A stretch of 64,000 nucleotides of DNA from Octopus vulgaris (Eukaryota). Every line of letters starts with the position of its first letter. Positions within the stretch are counted from its first letter, which is position 1. The translations under genes were made by a program, and so were the position numbers. The stretch covers positions 29,450,001 to 29,514,000 of the forward strand of contig OX597830.1 of NCBI GenBank assembly GCA_951406725.2, given 5' to 3'. A model generated the notes under the pieces. The model was given only the letters and a program-made list of their open reading frames with translations, searched no databases and had not been told where the DNA came from. Positions 25,704-40,814 of this stretch are shown in pieces.

Positions 25704-26176
25704 ATTCATATGCATGTATTCATAACATACATATGAATTAAACATATATAAATATTGGCGCATATATCTACATACACACACACACGCGCACACACTCATA
25801 CACATACACATATATATGTATCTCTATATATGTCTGCCTGTTTGTCTATCTATCTATCTATCTATCTACCTACCTACCTATCTATCTATTTATCTATCCA
25901 TCTATCCCCTTTTTTCCCCCTTTTTTCTTCTTTTTTCATTTCTCTTTTCTTTTGTTCCTTTTCCTTTTCTTTTTTTCTTTTTCTTTTTTCTTTTTTATTT
26001 TTTTTAAAATTTTTTTTGTTCTTTTCTTCCCTTTTACGATCCCTCTTGATCGAAAACCTACGCCACCCCTTTTTTTATCTTTCTTTTGTTTTTTGTTTTT
26101 TTCATCCCCCAAAAGAAAAGCTCTACCATGTAACTTGTCCCATCTGTGTGCAGCCCTGTGTGGCCAATAAAGAAAC

Positions 26177-26310
<134 letters not shown>

Positions 26311-27907
26311 ATGGGGTTAGGTGGGGGAGCTTTTCAAAAGAAGGAGAGAGGAGAAGGGTTGGGAGCGAGAAGAGAAATACAGAAACACGGAAGCAAGAAG
26401 TAAGTAAGAATTGTAAATTATTGAAATGAACGAGAGTGTACATTTCTTTCTTGTGTCGAAAGTGTGAGTGGTGAGTATCAGTGTCTACATATGGAGTTTC
26501 TACTAATTGGAATTTTTCGTTATCGCATCTGATGGATTTAGCAGAGACTCCAGTAAATACTTACGCTGGGATCCACCATAATCGAAAGTTGCCCAAACTT
26601 CTTATCTGTAACGGTCGAAAAACAGATTAGTCTTGGCACGAAATCTGAAGACTGCTTATACGAGCATTCTTATTGTACTGAGAGAAAGCGAAGCATTTAT
26701 TTTTATCAAAATTATTTAGCCACGTTGCACAAGACTTTAAGGTCGATGAAGGTAACACCATTGCTTTACTTACACCCAATTGCCTTAATGGAAGAAATCA
26801 ACTTTAAACCAGGCTGAAATTTCACTGCAATTTTCCGACATGTATTGTAAAACGACAGAGGGGGGAAGTAGAGAAAGAGAGAAACAGTAAGAGTGATATC
26901 AGATAAAGAAAGAGAGAGGATATAGAGGGGGGGCAGAGAGAAAGAGAGACGTGTCAGAGGGTAGTATCTAATTGTACATACTTTATCTCTGCTCAAATTC
27001 AGCTTCTTGACAGTTACAATTAAGATTATCGCTGTCCAATCATTATTTATATATGTTATAATCAGACACTTGTTTTCTTGGCAAATATAACGCAAAAGTT
27101 ATAATTGGGGTCTGCTTGATGGACAACTTCAAGTGACATCTATTTTAATCAATATAGAATGTCTGGAGATTATTCCTGATTGCTGTTTGCCCCCCTCACC
27201 CCCACCACCACCACCTACCCACCAATCACTCACCACATTCCCACACCACTTCCTATAATCAGAATCGATGTGGGTTTAATTTCAAGTCTTATCGAAGTTT
27301 ACAGTGTGGTTAATTCGATTTCTGATTGGAATGAAACTAAAGATAATTATACTTTCTCCCTCACTTCCTTTTCTCTCTCTCTCACCCTCCTCCTCCTCAT
27401 TCGCTTCTCTTTCAATTTCTTTAATTCTATCAAATCATTGTCTCTTCTCTTCTTTTAATTTTTCTTTTCATATCTCCGTTCCATTCGTATTCGCCTGCCT
27501 TTGCTTTACTTATAGCAAATGTCTTATTTTTCATTTTCCACTAACTTTCTATTTCATTTTTCATCTATGTTCTTTCGTTTTGTGTTTTATTGTATAATTG
27601 TTTTAAATCTTTCACGCCATTCTACCTTCAAACATCTAATACTTCTTCGTTCGTATTATCTCAAGCCAGCTTATATTTCTTACTTATTTTCTCTACTTAG
27701 CCCTCTCTATTCATATGCTAGTCTGACTGTCTGTCTATCTATCTATCAATCTATCTAGCAACCTATCGATTTATCCCAATATCTATATATATATAGTATA
27801 TATATGTGTATGTGTGTGTGTATGTATGTGTGTAGATGTATATATAAATGTGTGTATAAGTGTATATATATATATATGTATATATATATATTACCATAGA
27901 CATCATA

Positions 27908-27938
<31 letters not shown>

Positions 27939-28675
27939 GCACATTTATATATCTATCTATCTATCTATCTATCTGTCTGTCTATCTGTCTATTTATCTAT
28001 CTATCTATCCATCCATCTATCTATCTACCTATATATATATATATATATATATACATTTATGTATGTATATGTGTGCGTATATATGTATATATACACTCAC
28101 ATTACTATTTATCCAAATACCTCTCTTAGATTTCCAATCTCTTTACTTTAATTTTGTTGTTGTTATTTATTCTTCAGTGTTGTGCTATCCATTACAGTCT
28201 CGCTAACCATTTATATTAAATAAATATATAATTACTCAGAGGAACACTTATATTCTGATATTACCATCAAATTCTTACTCTCAGTTTCACACGTGACAAC
28301 CATTTTACATTTATCTCCTTGCAATATTTTAATCTAATTTAATCAAAAACCTATTAAACAATGTTATCCACTCCTTTACACATAATCTGCAATAGGGAGA
28401 AACAATGAAATTAAAATAGTATATAATTACATCTTACCCATATTATCACGGTCGATTATTCATTAGTTTTAACTCCATATATACAAGCACAAAGTAACAC
28501 GCATGTGTACACACTTGGATGCACACACATATTGAGAGACATAGAGAGTGAATGAGTGAGTGAGGTATATTTACATCCATTCATACACTTGCACTCATTT
28601 AAAGGTATACTCATACATACATACATACACATACACATATGCGTACATACATAGCTAGACACATACATGCATATA

Positions 28676-28729
<54 letters not shown>

Positions 28730-29521
28730 AGTACATTCAAGTATGCGTATGTCTTTCATGAGTTCTCATCTATACAACTACTTACCTATATATAAAAGCA
28801 TAATATCTCCAGTTATGAACGTAGCTGTGTATATCTGGTCTAGAAATAACTGCTAGTCCTCACTCAAATCACAATACAGTTTTTCGCGATCTGGACTGAT
28901 TTGTTGATAGGAATAGTAACCTTACTTGGATTTCTTTCTACATTTGATTCGGTAATGTATAAACACAGCTACGAATGATTTGATAGAAGACACACTCAAT
29001 TCTGACTCCATAACAAAAGCTTTAAAATCCTGCATTACTTCCAGCATTTGCAGAAATTCATCTTAACGTACACTTAATGGAACATGGAAAACCTGCTAAA
29101 ATTATTTGTAATTATAGGTAACCGAGCGACCCCACTACTTCGTACTTTGTCTAAATAGAACAGACACCTTTACATTTTGGTAAATATAACTAAAACTTTT
29201 CTCCAACTTTTGTTACAGATTCACTTCAAAATCATTGCCTCAATATGTATGGGAAACAAAAACTAATTCCAACACAATCGACTTTTGCTCAGAGAATTTG
29301 TATAAACGCGTTATATACTTGCAGCTAATGGATTTCGGAGAAGTATCATATCTTCACGCTAATACATCACAACCTAAGCAAATTAGATGAACAATACTCC
29401 ACATTTCTCCTATATTATATTCCAATATTATTTTATAGTTTTCAGTCATTGGACAAGAGAGAAGCATGAGCACACTCATGAAATATTAGCCAATCAAATT
29501 AAATCGAAATTAGATAGATAA

Positions 29522-29627
<106 letters not shown>

Positions 29628-29683
29628 CATAGAACAAAATATTTCAAGTAGCGATGGATATGGATGAGTCACGTACTCTAATA

Positions 29684-29902
29684 TACGAGAGGGTGCTAAA
29701 AAGGTCATGGCTGTAAGGGTGTCGCGGAAGGTCTGGCTGGAGGCCCAATATTCCGAGTTTTTTTACAGGACTTCGGAAAACTGAAGGATGGCTGCAATAT
29801 ATGTGTATCTGAGAAGGGAAAATGTTCAATAAAATCATAATTAACTGATCCTACAATATATTCTTCTACCCAAAGCCAAAAACTTCTCATCAAACTATCT
29901 TA
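29684..29902 (+). mobile_element. Mariner-derived MITE / deletion derivative
   Basis: TA-CGAGAGGGTGCTAAAAAGGTCATGGCT left end and AGCCAAAAACTTCTCATCAAACTATCTTA degraded right end. The internal segment resembles a mariner transposase C-terminus (KLKDGCNICV..GENVQ*). Confidence 0.65.
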
Positions 29903-30108
29903 CGTGCGTGCATGCCTTTGTGTGTATATGTGTGTCTGTGTCTATGTCTATACGTGTGTGTACATATTCTCTCTTTTGCTTTCAAAATGAAACACACACA
30001 TGTACACTCGCACACACATACATATGCCCACACACATATGTGTATACATGTGTGTATATATATGTGTCTATGTGTGTGTGTGTATATATGTATACATATA
30101 TATATATA

Positions 30109-30338
30109 TATTTCTTTACTACCCACAAGGGGCTAAACACAGAGGGGACAACCGAGGACAGACAAACGAATTAAGTTGATTATATCGACCCAGTGCGTAA
30201 CTGGTACTTAATTTATCGACCCCGAAAGGATGAAAGGCAAAGTCAACCTCGGCGGAATTTGAACACAGAACGTAACGGCAGACGAAATACGGCTAGGTAT
30301 TTCGACCGGTGTGCTAACGTTTCTGCCAGCTAGCCTCC
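30109..30338 (-). mobile_element. SINE family A monomer
   Basis: Full reverse-complement match of head, body and tail 1. Confidence 0.88.
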
Positions 30339-31218
30339 ATTATATATATATATGTTATGGCGGGCGTAATGAAAGTATAAGCAATAAAATTCCTTGCTAC
30401 TGAAACTTACAGAACACAGACTGAATTCCTATCATTCATCCTTACACTCATATTATTTAGCAGGTGTTTCGTGTCCTATATGGTTTGTGTTCACCCGATA
30501 TATGAAAGAGGTGTAACTGTTTCTCCTTATTTAGATGGTTGCATTCGTTTCTATTTCTAAGTACACTAGATTTATAGCCGAATCTAAATTATTTATCCCG
30601 GGCATTATTTGAGTTTTATTTGTTATTTGCTAATATTTCCAAACTCTGTATTATTATCCATAATGTATACTTTATTAACGATGGGGTCTGGACAGAGATA
30701 CTAGAAATAGCTGTCAAACCAACTGACAAGTCACCTTAACACAAAGGTACGATTGAGAAGATATTCAGGTGTGCATATGTGTACAAAAGATGTGCGAGTT
30801 ATGGCTGGAATACGCCTGCTCGTAGGTATGTTCAATAAGGTCGTACTTGGATTTAAACAAGAACAACAACAAAAACAAGAACAACAACAACAACTATTAC
30901 CTTCGATACGCAAACCTACTAAGGCTTAAATTTATAATCAGAGAATATCAGCATCATACAAGACGTTTAAAATAATTATGGCTATTGTAAGCATGCCGGA
31001 AATAAACTTTTGGTGAAGCCATGCTGGTTTATATTTCCGGAAAGTCGAAATTTCGATTAATTACACCCTATAACATAGCATTCCGCAATTATATGCTATA
31101 TGTAAAATACGGTGAATTGTGTTCGAAAATATGAAGTGATTATATATACATTTATGGCACGAAACAAGAATGATATATCTACACACAGAGAATGATATAT
31201 AACAAGTATAATATATCT

Positions 31219-31251
<33 letters not shown>

Positions 31252-31427
31252 AACACACAGACAAACACACACACATACACATAACACGTATGTACATATG
31301 TATCTGTGTATGTACTTATATATATATATGCTTGGACATATTTATAAGTATGTACGTGTAGACCTGTGAGTATGTATTTGTCCAGCTTTCGAAATATAAC
31401 TAGCTGATGAAAGATAGACAGACAGAC

Positions 31428-31522
<95 letters not shown>

Positions 31523-31883
31523 CAGATTGATTGATTGATTGTAGTCTCCATCCTTAAGTACAGTTACAAATGCAACCGGATAGAACGAGTGCTGCGCTAA
31601 ATAAACGTGTATGACAAAACCAAGTGTACCTCCAGACTAATTCTACAGTGTGGTCGTAGATAAATTGTCCTCCTGAATATATACCTGCATATGAGAAAGT
31701 TTAAATTGAAAGCTTTGAAACATATCCCTACTTCAATTTTATTCCATACGCAACCCGGATAAAGCACTGCAACCAGTGAACAACTCATGTATTGTTTCTC
31801 CATGATTTAGAAGCCGGAAAATCGAGTACGAAATTACCGTTCATCCAAGCAAAGTGAACAACATTGCTAACATATATGAATTA

Positions 31884-32132
31884 AGGCGGCGAGCTGGCAC
31901 AAGGCGGCGAGCTGGCAGAAACGTTAGCGCGCCGAGAGAAATGCTTAGCGGTATTCCGTCTGCCGCTACGTTCTGAGTTCAAATTCCGCCGAGGTCGACT
32001 TTGCCTTTCATCCTTTCGGGGTCGATAAATAAAGTACCAGTTACGCACTGGGGTCGATGTAATCGACTTAATACCTATGTCTGTCCTTGTTTGTCCCCTC
32101 TGTGTTTAGCCCCTTGTGGGTAGTAAAGAAAT
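31884..32132 (+). mobile_element. Young full-length SINE family A monomer with duplicated 5' 17-mer
   Basis: AAGGCGGCGAGCTGGCA occurs twice at the head. 12 bp TSD ATATATGAATTA at 31872-31883 and 32133-32144. Confidence 0.9.
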
Positions 32133-32523
32133 ATATATGAATTAGTTTCTCGTCAGGAGCCTTTTTATGTGGATTATTTCATACATGATTTAAATTGATT
32201 ATCTACTACTTCCGGAGATTCACGTGATCATTTGTTGTGAAATTCAGCGTTGTGAAAGGGAGTCGGCGATGGTAACGACATAGATGTATGAAATCTCGGA
32301 GCGCTAAAGAATGAGCGAATTGTGCACGTGCGAAGCGTGACCCTGGTAGCAATGTAAATGTTTTCGGGTACATTTTCAAAGGCCCGAATTCCGGCTACTC
32401 ACCTAGGACCAAATTTTGAAGTTAGTTTTTGTTTCAGCATATTACAATCTGAATTGGTCGTTGGGATCAGCTGATTCCCTTTCCCAATCACTTTTCCTCG
32501 TGACCAGCAGTTTCGAGAGGTAT

Positions 32524-32720
<197 letters not shown>

Positions 32721-32820
32721 ACGAAACTGTATTTCTCAAATAATCAATTTATCAATATCATCATACCCACACACACATACATATATATGTTTGAGTGTGT
32801 ATATAAGTATGTATGTGTGT

Positions 32821-32858
<38 letters not shown>

Positions 32859-33334
32859 TAGAGAGAGAGTGAGAGATGGTGAGTGTGTGTGTTTACTTTT
32901 GCGCACCCATATACGCGCGCGTTTAAGCATGTACATATCTGTAAGATTAATATAATTTGTTAATCACTTGTATATCAAAAGTCAATGAATTTTCAGTACA
33001 AAGTATTAGTTGTTGTTGACAATGCTGTAGCAGTAGTAAGAATAGTGGAGACAGTACTGATGGTGGTGGTGGTGGTGGTGATGGTGACATTGTGGTATGA
33101 GTGGATTGTTGCGTTATTAGTTTTTTTCCTTGTATTTTTCACAGCCAATTGTATAATCAGAAATCTGATATACCTTTACCTAATAACTTGAATTTCAGAC
33201 TGGAAGGAAAGGGCAACAGGTTCTCTCCTCAATTTGACTGACATTCCTATAGCTAATCGCTGAATTGCATTACCCGTTATATTAAAGAGAGTCTGACAAG
33301 TGTTAATCGTTCTCAACTTAGGAAGTAAATAAAG

Positions 33335-33512
33335 TCAGCGGGCCGGTAGAATCGTTAGCGCGCTTGTCAAATTGCCTAGCGGCGTTTTGACCGTCTTTGT
33401 CTTCCAGAGTTCAAATTCCGCCAAGCCGACTTGACTTTCATCGTACCGGAGTCGATAAAAAATTATCACTTGAGTTAAACCTAACTTGATGGACTTGTGT
33501 AAAAATTTGACG
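33335..33512 (+). mobile_element. Old SINE family A copy
   Basis: GGTAGAATCGTTAGCGCG...GAGTTCAAATTCCGCC...CTTTCATCGTACCGGAGTCGATAAA. Confidence 0.65.
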
Positions 33513-34835
33513 CAATTTAGGAACTAAATTTTTAATTTAATTAATTCCCTTTCATTTACCATTTCAAAATTCCTTCTCCTTTATACTCCTCATTCTTTAC
33601 ATTACCTTCATCATAATCATCCATTTTCCTTCTCCTTATTTTCGTTGGTGTCAATCTCCTCTTATTTAGCTTACTCTACCAGCTTCACCTTCATTAAGAT
33701 TGGCCATTAGGGTGCGATTTCTAGCAATTAGAGAGATTACGTAGGATAGCTTTGTATGATAGTTTACATTTTATAACAATCGGCAAAATGAGTAATGTAA
33801 TACATCAACCTTGGACATATTGGATTACATATCTGAAGGAAATCATAGCCAATCAGGTTGTTGTTTTTTAAATTGAATGTTTTGGATTAAGAATCCGACT
33901 GCAAAATGAATAATCTATCCTAGACACTAATTAGGATTTCGAATCTGTTAGTTATTCGTTTTAAGCTTCGGTTACATGGCATTAGGGTGATGAAACAGTG
34001 ATCTTCCCAGCAAGGATACAAATCCATCTCACGTAACATTTCCTGTTCATCTGTATCGTACAAACAGCATATGTATAAACTGAAACTTTCTTCGTCAAAA
34101 ATATATTATACGAAGTAGATAGCAAACTCTATTCAGCAGCCATGAACTGCAGATTTATGAAGAAAGCACGAAATTTTCATCTCCACCGTACACAATGACG
34201 TCCCTACAGCGTGATAAATAATGATACATATGCTGGACCAATTACCAACAGCACTTCCCATATCACTATTAAATCAGCATTAACGTAATTATTGCCAACA
34301 ACACTAACTGTAAACCTAATTAATGTTTGCAGCAATCATGATTGCAAGATTAATAACAAAATCAACGCTGTTAGAAGCACTAGTTGAAATCAATACTAAC
34401 GCTATAACTGATACGACCGCTGTTTCCTATACTGTTAACAGCGCTTCTGGTTTGTTTATACAAACAATTATTTCGGTGCACCCATGGAGATATATTATTT
34501 TGTAATGACGAAAATAATATGTAAATGCTATTTTTATCCCTCATCCTTTTCCTTAAAACAATTGTTCATACTGTTTCCATAGCTTTGAGAAACATTATTC
34601 GTGGACAGTTTCCCAAGTAATATGGTAAATTCAGCTTCCACAACTGTTTAAGGTGTATATGATACTAGAAGCATTGCTTATAGTGGGTTTTTTTCACTGC
34701 TTCAAGAATTTTATCAACACGAAGATACCAACTCAGTTAACGAGCAATTTTTGTAATAAGTATACGCAAAGATTAAACACTTTGATAAAATGGAAATAGT
34801 TTATATTTTGTGCTTTAGCACAATTTTCATTCTCC

Positions 34836-34986
<151 letters not shown>

Positions 34987-35481
34987 TGCATACATACAAA
35001 CACTTTCAACCTCATACGCGTACACATACACACTTACACACAGAGGCTCACTCAGACACACAAACAGAAACACTCACAGACACGCATACATACACACGCA
35101 ACCAGACAACGTGCATATGTATATTTGGTGTGTATTTCATATAATAGGGTAAATGAAAGGATAAATTTGTACATTGAATAAAAACGTGGATGGGGACAAA
35201 TGTAAAAAAAGAAAGAGTAAAATGCGATCGACGTATTCATGTTTCCCGTTTTGTTAAATTCTTTGTGTTTCTTCTCACGTTTAACGTTCAGTCATAACAA
35301 TTTTTCTCTTCTTTCATTATACTTCTACATTCACCTCATTCGTACATACATGCATGTATACATACATAGATACATACATGCTTACGTATACAGAGAGAGG
35401 CATAGATATATAGATATATAGATACAGATTCATACATACATGCATACTTACATACATATATACAGACAGACAGACAGATAT

Positions 35482-35614
<133 letters not shown>

Positions 35615-35645
35615 CAGATAAAGATATAGATTGATAGATAGATAC

Positions 35646-35681
<36 letters not shown>

Positions 35682-37018
35682 GGATGCACATACACACACA
35701 TATATATACACGTATATATATAAACGCGTGAGTGTATGTGTGAACATGTGTAAGGAAGTAAGGGTGCAAGTATGCGCATGTTTCCTCGTGTGCATATTGA
35801 CGTATTTGTCTTTTTTTCCTCATTCATTTTCATTCACATGTTTTTTTTTAATATGTGTGTGCGTATGTTTGTAATAAAAAAAAAAAGTTTGTGTTTGTGT
35901 ATCAAAGTCAAACTAGCAAGACGACATAGAAAAAAAAATGAAGACGTTACGTAGACGAAGGAAGATTCCGAATACGGAGCATCCACATAAAAATATAAGA
36001 ATTGTAATTGTCGTTTTATCTTAAGCCGTAAGCATCGCATCCTTCATTGTTTTTGTATTTGTTTATTCTTACTTTCCCCTCTTATAGTTGTTTTTTTAGA
36101 TTAGGCTATCTCCTTTATTGCCATTACATTTTTTTTTCATTTTCACCAATGCTAATTTTGATAAGAAAAACCATTCTCAATGAATTCGTCCAACTGAAGG
36201 ATACTATAGAAATGTTAATAGAGAGAAACAAACACATCGTTTTTTTATTGATAAAAGATCAATTGTCTAATGACAAAACATTGGCTGTTAGTTTCTCATT
36301 ACTGAAGTGCCTTTTTCACGACCCTAAAAAAGGGAACTCTGCCGGGAGCTACTACTTTTTTGCTCCTTTTGACAGCAATTTTCTCCTCCTTTATTTAACA
36401 TTGCTACTTAATTGTGGGATTCATTTGAACTTGTCTCTAGCATTTCATACAATGATCTCACTTTTTGCTTTCAAAGCAATGATACGTGATGTGATTAGAC
36501 AGTTTGTATGATGTATGCGTGCATATATTTGTGTGTGTGAGTGTGTGTGTATTTGTGTGTGTGCATGTGTGTGTGTTGTATATCTAAAACTTTTGTGAAC
36601 ACCTATTTGGCTTTCTCTATAACAGTCATTTATTTAAAGGGGTTCTTAGACATGAAGTTTTGTATAGAGAGGATGTAATTACGAAAAGTTCGACACTCAA
36701 TCTGAGTTGCTGTTGATGCTGTTCAAATTTTAGTCAATGAAGTCTTTCCATCAATGGCATTCCATCCTGTATTTCAAATTTCGAGCCTTTAAAACTACAG
36801 TATATGTGTATTTCATTTTGCAAGAACGTACAAAATTTTGTAAGACTGATTTAAATTTATCTTTTGCAGATGAGTGAATACATTAATATTTATGTAGGCT
36901 CATTTATTTCTTACTTCTTTTTTAGAGACGTGATAACAAAATATTCGTTATATCTGATCTAGCTCAAAGTCTATGATTCAAAGCGCCACCACAGAGCATT
37001 CAATATTATGTTTCGGTT

Positions 37019-37158
37019 AATTCCGCTGAGGTCGACTTTGCCTTTCGTCCTTTCGTCCTTTCGGAGTCGATAAATTAAGTACCAGTTGCGTACTGGAGTC
37101 GATCTAATCGACTGGTCCCCACCCTCCAAAAATTTCGGGCCTTGCGCATATAGAAAAT
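37019..37158 (+). mobile_element. 5'-truncated SINE family A (tail 2)
   Basis: Body plus tail 2. 17 bp TSD AATAT(T/C)ATGTTTCGGTT at 37002-37018 and 37159-37175. Confidence 0.8.
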
Positions 37159-37269
37159 AATATCATGTTTCGGTTTTTCACGTAAATCTCTAGCATACAA
37201 TAAAATATGGGGGATTCATTTATTGTGTTAAACAAATATTTGTCGGGTACTCGAATCTGCATACCTGTA

Positions 37270-37908
37270 CATAACGAATATCTACTATACTAGATTATGG
37301 CTGTAAAAGAACAGTTTACTCAAATAAAACGCCCTCAGATTCCACCAAGGCCTCAAGACAGCTCGGGAACTTGGCGCATGCAGTCCTCTATGATGAAGTC
37401 GTAGAAAGTCTTTAACAACCACTTTGCTTTCCAGAGGTATGACAAGGAACTTAATTCTGCTGTCACAGATATGGTCTCCGAGCTGCACCCATCTAGAGCT
37501 AGAGTCTCCTGCATCCTCATATGCCCGTCTGAATTGGATCTAAGGAGCTATGCGAAGATTTTCGATGAAATCTGGTGTGCAGCCACTCTCAGGATGCCTG
37601 CTGCATCATGTTCTGCTGGGGAAAACTTCGTAACCAGCTTTGCAGCTCCCCTTTGGCGTATTGCAGCATTTACAGTGTTTACAGAGCATCGAGCAGCAAG
37701 CATGATATCACCATTTTGATACCCAGCGAAAATTGTCATGGTAGATGTAACGTGATCCGAATATTCAAACGGCTTCCAATATGCCATGCTAGCTAAATTA
37801 TTTTCCACAGCTATTATAGTTGCTGTGCTCTCCAAATTCTCTGACTGCCCACAAGAAGATATTCCTGAGAAGAGGAGACCTAAAAGTCCACGAAATGAAA
37901 CTAGGAAG

Positions 37909-37912
<4 letters not shown>
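37270..37912 (-). mobile_element. Internally deleted Tc1/mariner-superfamily (maT/DD37D-like) transposon
   Basis: Minus strand: N-terminal MAYWKPFEY..TMTIFAGYQNGDIMLAARCSVNTV, then AKWLLKTFYDF and C-terminal TACAKFPSCLEALVESEGVLFE* (compare ACxRFRxRLEAVVEAEGGYIE of maT/DD37D transposases). Confidence 0.72.
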
Positions 37913-37948
<36 letters not shown>

Positions 37949-37965
37949 ATGTATGTATGTATGTG

Positions 37966-38020
<55 letters not shown>

Positions 38021-38021
38021 C

Positions 38022-38140
<119 letters not shown>

Positions 38141-38375
38141 ATAATCATAAGTATATGCATATATAGGATGTAGCTACACTACTCTAGGGCCCAACAGTAT
38201 AGCTGGAACTACGGCTAAATCTCGATTTCGTACTGGCATATCTTGAAAACAGTAAGCTTCAATGCTGTGTACATCACTGTGTTAACTTAACTGACCAATT
38301 GCTGTTGTTCTACATGTTGTTGAGCGCAGATTCTACTGAAAACTTTGTATATATACACACACATACACACATACA

Positions 38376-38416
<41 letters not shown>

Positions 38417-38569
38417 CATACAGAATCGTGCATACACTCGCATACACACTGACTTGTGTGTCTGTTGTGCGTGCGTGTACACAAAGCTATATTTTTGTAC
38501 ATATATATATATAGACAAATATATGTATATATGTATATATATACGTTTATTTATATGCACATATATATA

Positions 38570-38603
<34 letters not shown>

Positions 38604-39004
38604 TATATATGTATATATATATACATATAGATATATGGATACACATATATATATATGTGTGTATATGTATATATGCATATATATGCGTGTGTGTATCTTT
38701 GTGTGTGTGCCAAACAATCTTATGTACATAAGTATATCGAAGCTAAAATCTTTGCATGTATCCCATCGACATCCGTTTGCGCTTTCATGAGAGAGACACT
38801 GGGTTCAAGGTTGAAGATAGACGTAGGCTTGTAATTGGTATAGACAGATATGTAGACAGGTTAGAAGAATGCTCGTTAATGAGTGCCAACGCAACACAAC
38901 AATAGACCTTGTATATTTAAAGGCTGTCATGTCGATATATCTACATGAAAATGATGACGGTTTTAATAGAGTTGGAGGAGGCGAAGTGATTGCACACGGT
39001 GATA

Positions 39005-39036
39005 CAGTAGCAGCAGCAGCAGCAGCAGTAGTAGTG

Positions 39037-39077
<41 letters not shown>

Positions 39078-39110
39078 TGTAGTAGTAATGGTGTTGGTGG
39101 TGGTGGTATT
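39005..39110. repeat. (GCA)n(GTA)n(GGT)n compound microsatellite
   Basis: Read directly. Confidence 0.9.
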
Positions 39111-39422
39111 TATGGCAGTACTAGTATGGATATCGTGAGAAGGATTTCTCTTCCTTCGTAACCGTTATGATGAAGACTATGTTAATGATGTAGATGCTGA
39201 TAATGAGCATGGCGGTGAGGACGATGAGGATAATGATGATGATGAGGAGGGGGAAGTGGATGAGTCAGGATGAGTGTCGACGACGGTAATGACGGTGTAA
39301 ATATCTTGGACATAAGAGGAGCAAAGACGAGGGCAGTCGAAGGAACAAATATAAAGAGAAATAAAACATAAACACATTCTAAGCTGGAGGGTATGAAATA
39401 CTCATTAAGATCTTAAAATATT

Positions 39423-40028
39423 CTTTTCTACTCTGGGCACGAATTTTTGGGGAGGGGGCCAGTCGATTAGATCGACCCCAGTACGCAAGTGATACTTAAT
39501 TTATCGACTCCGAAAGGATGTAAGGCAAAGTCAGCATTAGCGGAATTTGAACTCAGAACGTAGAGAAAGACGACATACCGCTAAGCATTTTGCCCGGCAT
39601 GCTAACGTTTCTTATTTCTTTATTGCCCACAAGGGACTAAACATAGTGGGGACAAACAAGGACAGACAAAGGGGTTAAGTCGATTACATCGACCCCAGTG
39701 CGTAACTGGTTCTTAATTTATCGACCCAGAAAGGATGAAAGGCAGAGTCGACCGCGGCGAAATTTGAACTCAGAGCTTAACGGCAGACGAAATACCTATT
39801 TCTTTACTACCCACAAGAGGCTAAACACATAGAGGATAAAGAAGGACAAACAAACAGATTAAGTCGATTATATCGACCCAGTGCGTAACTGGTACTTATT
39901 TAATCAACCCCGAAAGGATGAAAGGCAAAGTCGACCTCGGTGGAATTTGAACTCAGAACGTAGCGGCAGACGAAATATCGCTCAAAATTTCGCCCGGCAT
40001 GCTGACGTTTCTGCCAGCTCGCCTCCTA
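39423..40028 (-). mobile_element. SINE family A trimer with a single TSD
   Basis: Head at about 40025 plus three units (tail 1, tail 1, tail 2). TSD AAGA(T/A)CTTAAAATATT at about 39407-39422 and 40029-40044. Confidence 0.85.
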
Positions 40029-40084
40029 AAGAACTTAAAATATTGAACATCTGTAGTTGTGTCAAAGAAATGCGTGCCTATAAT

Positions 40085-40129
<45 letters not shown>

Positions 40130-40148
40130 GGGTGTGTGTGCGCGTGCG

Positions 40149-40208
<60 letters not shown>

Positions 40209-40229
40209 AGTGTGTATATGGTCACTCAG

Positions 40230-40790
40230 ACACCAGCTGGCGACTGCCACCAGCATCGCTGAGGATACAACATTATCCCAGTCAATTACAAACCCTGACG
40301 ATATCGAAAGCTTAGTGCGGTACCTAAATGCAATGTAAGCTAGGGAAGAAGGAAACCACATGTACTTTTAAAGCTGGGAAAGATCAAGTACTGCCTTGTC
40401 AGCTCTAAAAGGCACCACGTTCAGCATAAACAGGATCCGAAGTGAAAGCGGCAATCTCATAGTTAAAGATTCAGGGATCAGTTTGTATAATGATGTATAA
40501 TGATTTCATATGCACATTACTAAACTGGAAGCAAACTGAGGACAATTAGCAAGATGGACACTAAGATGCATAAGGATATGAGGCCAAGAAGTCATACTGA
40601 TGCTGTGGAAGGCCTTTATTCTTAGCCGCCTGGCCTACTGCTCTCCGCTGTTGTCACTGAATAGTGCCAAATTAACAGAGGAGTTTGAAACAAACCGTCA
40701 TTACTTCACTGAAAAGATTGTAACAGTGCTGTTGATATACAGACAGAGGTTGAAAAGAACCTACAATAGTATGCACTGCAGCATAATACT
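40230..40790 (+). mobile_element. Decayed CR1/L2-like LINE RT C-terminal fragment
   Basis: IAEDTTLSQSITNPDDIESL (compare FADDTK) and LWKAFILSRLAYCSPLLS...EFETNRHYFTEKI (compare LYKSLVRPRLEYCSPVWSP..LE.VQR.FTK.I). Confidence 0.8.
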
Positions 40791-40814
40791 GTTAAAGTCA
40801 GCGATAGTTGCTTC

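Noticed and set aside
40290-40320. CTGACGA-TATC-GAAAGCTTA hammerhead-like string
   Set aside because: No stem II or stem I; it lies in LINE RT coding sequence (NPDDIESL), so it is a coincidence.
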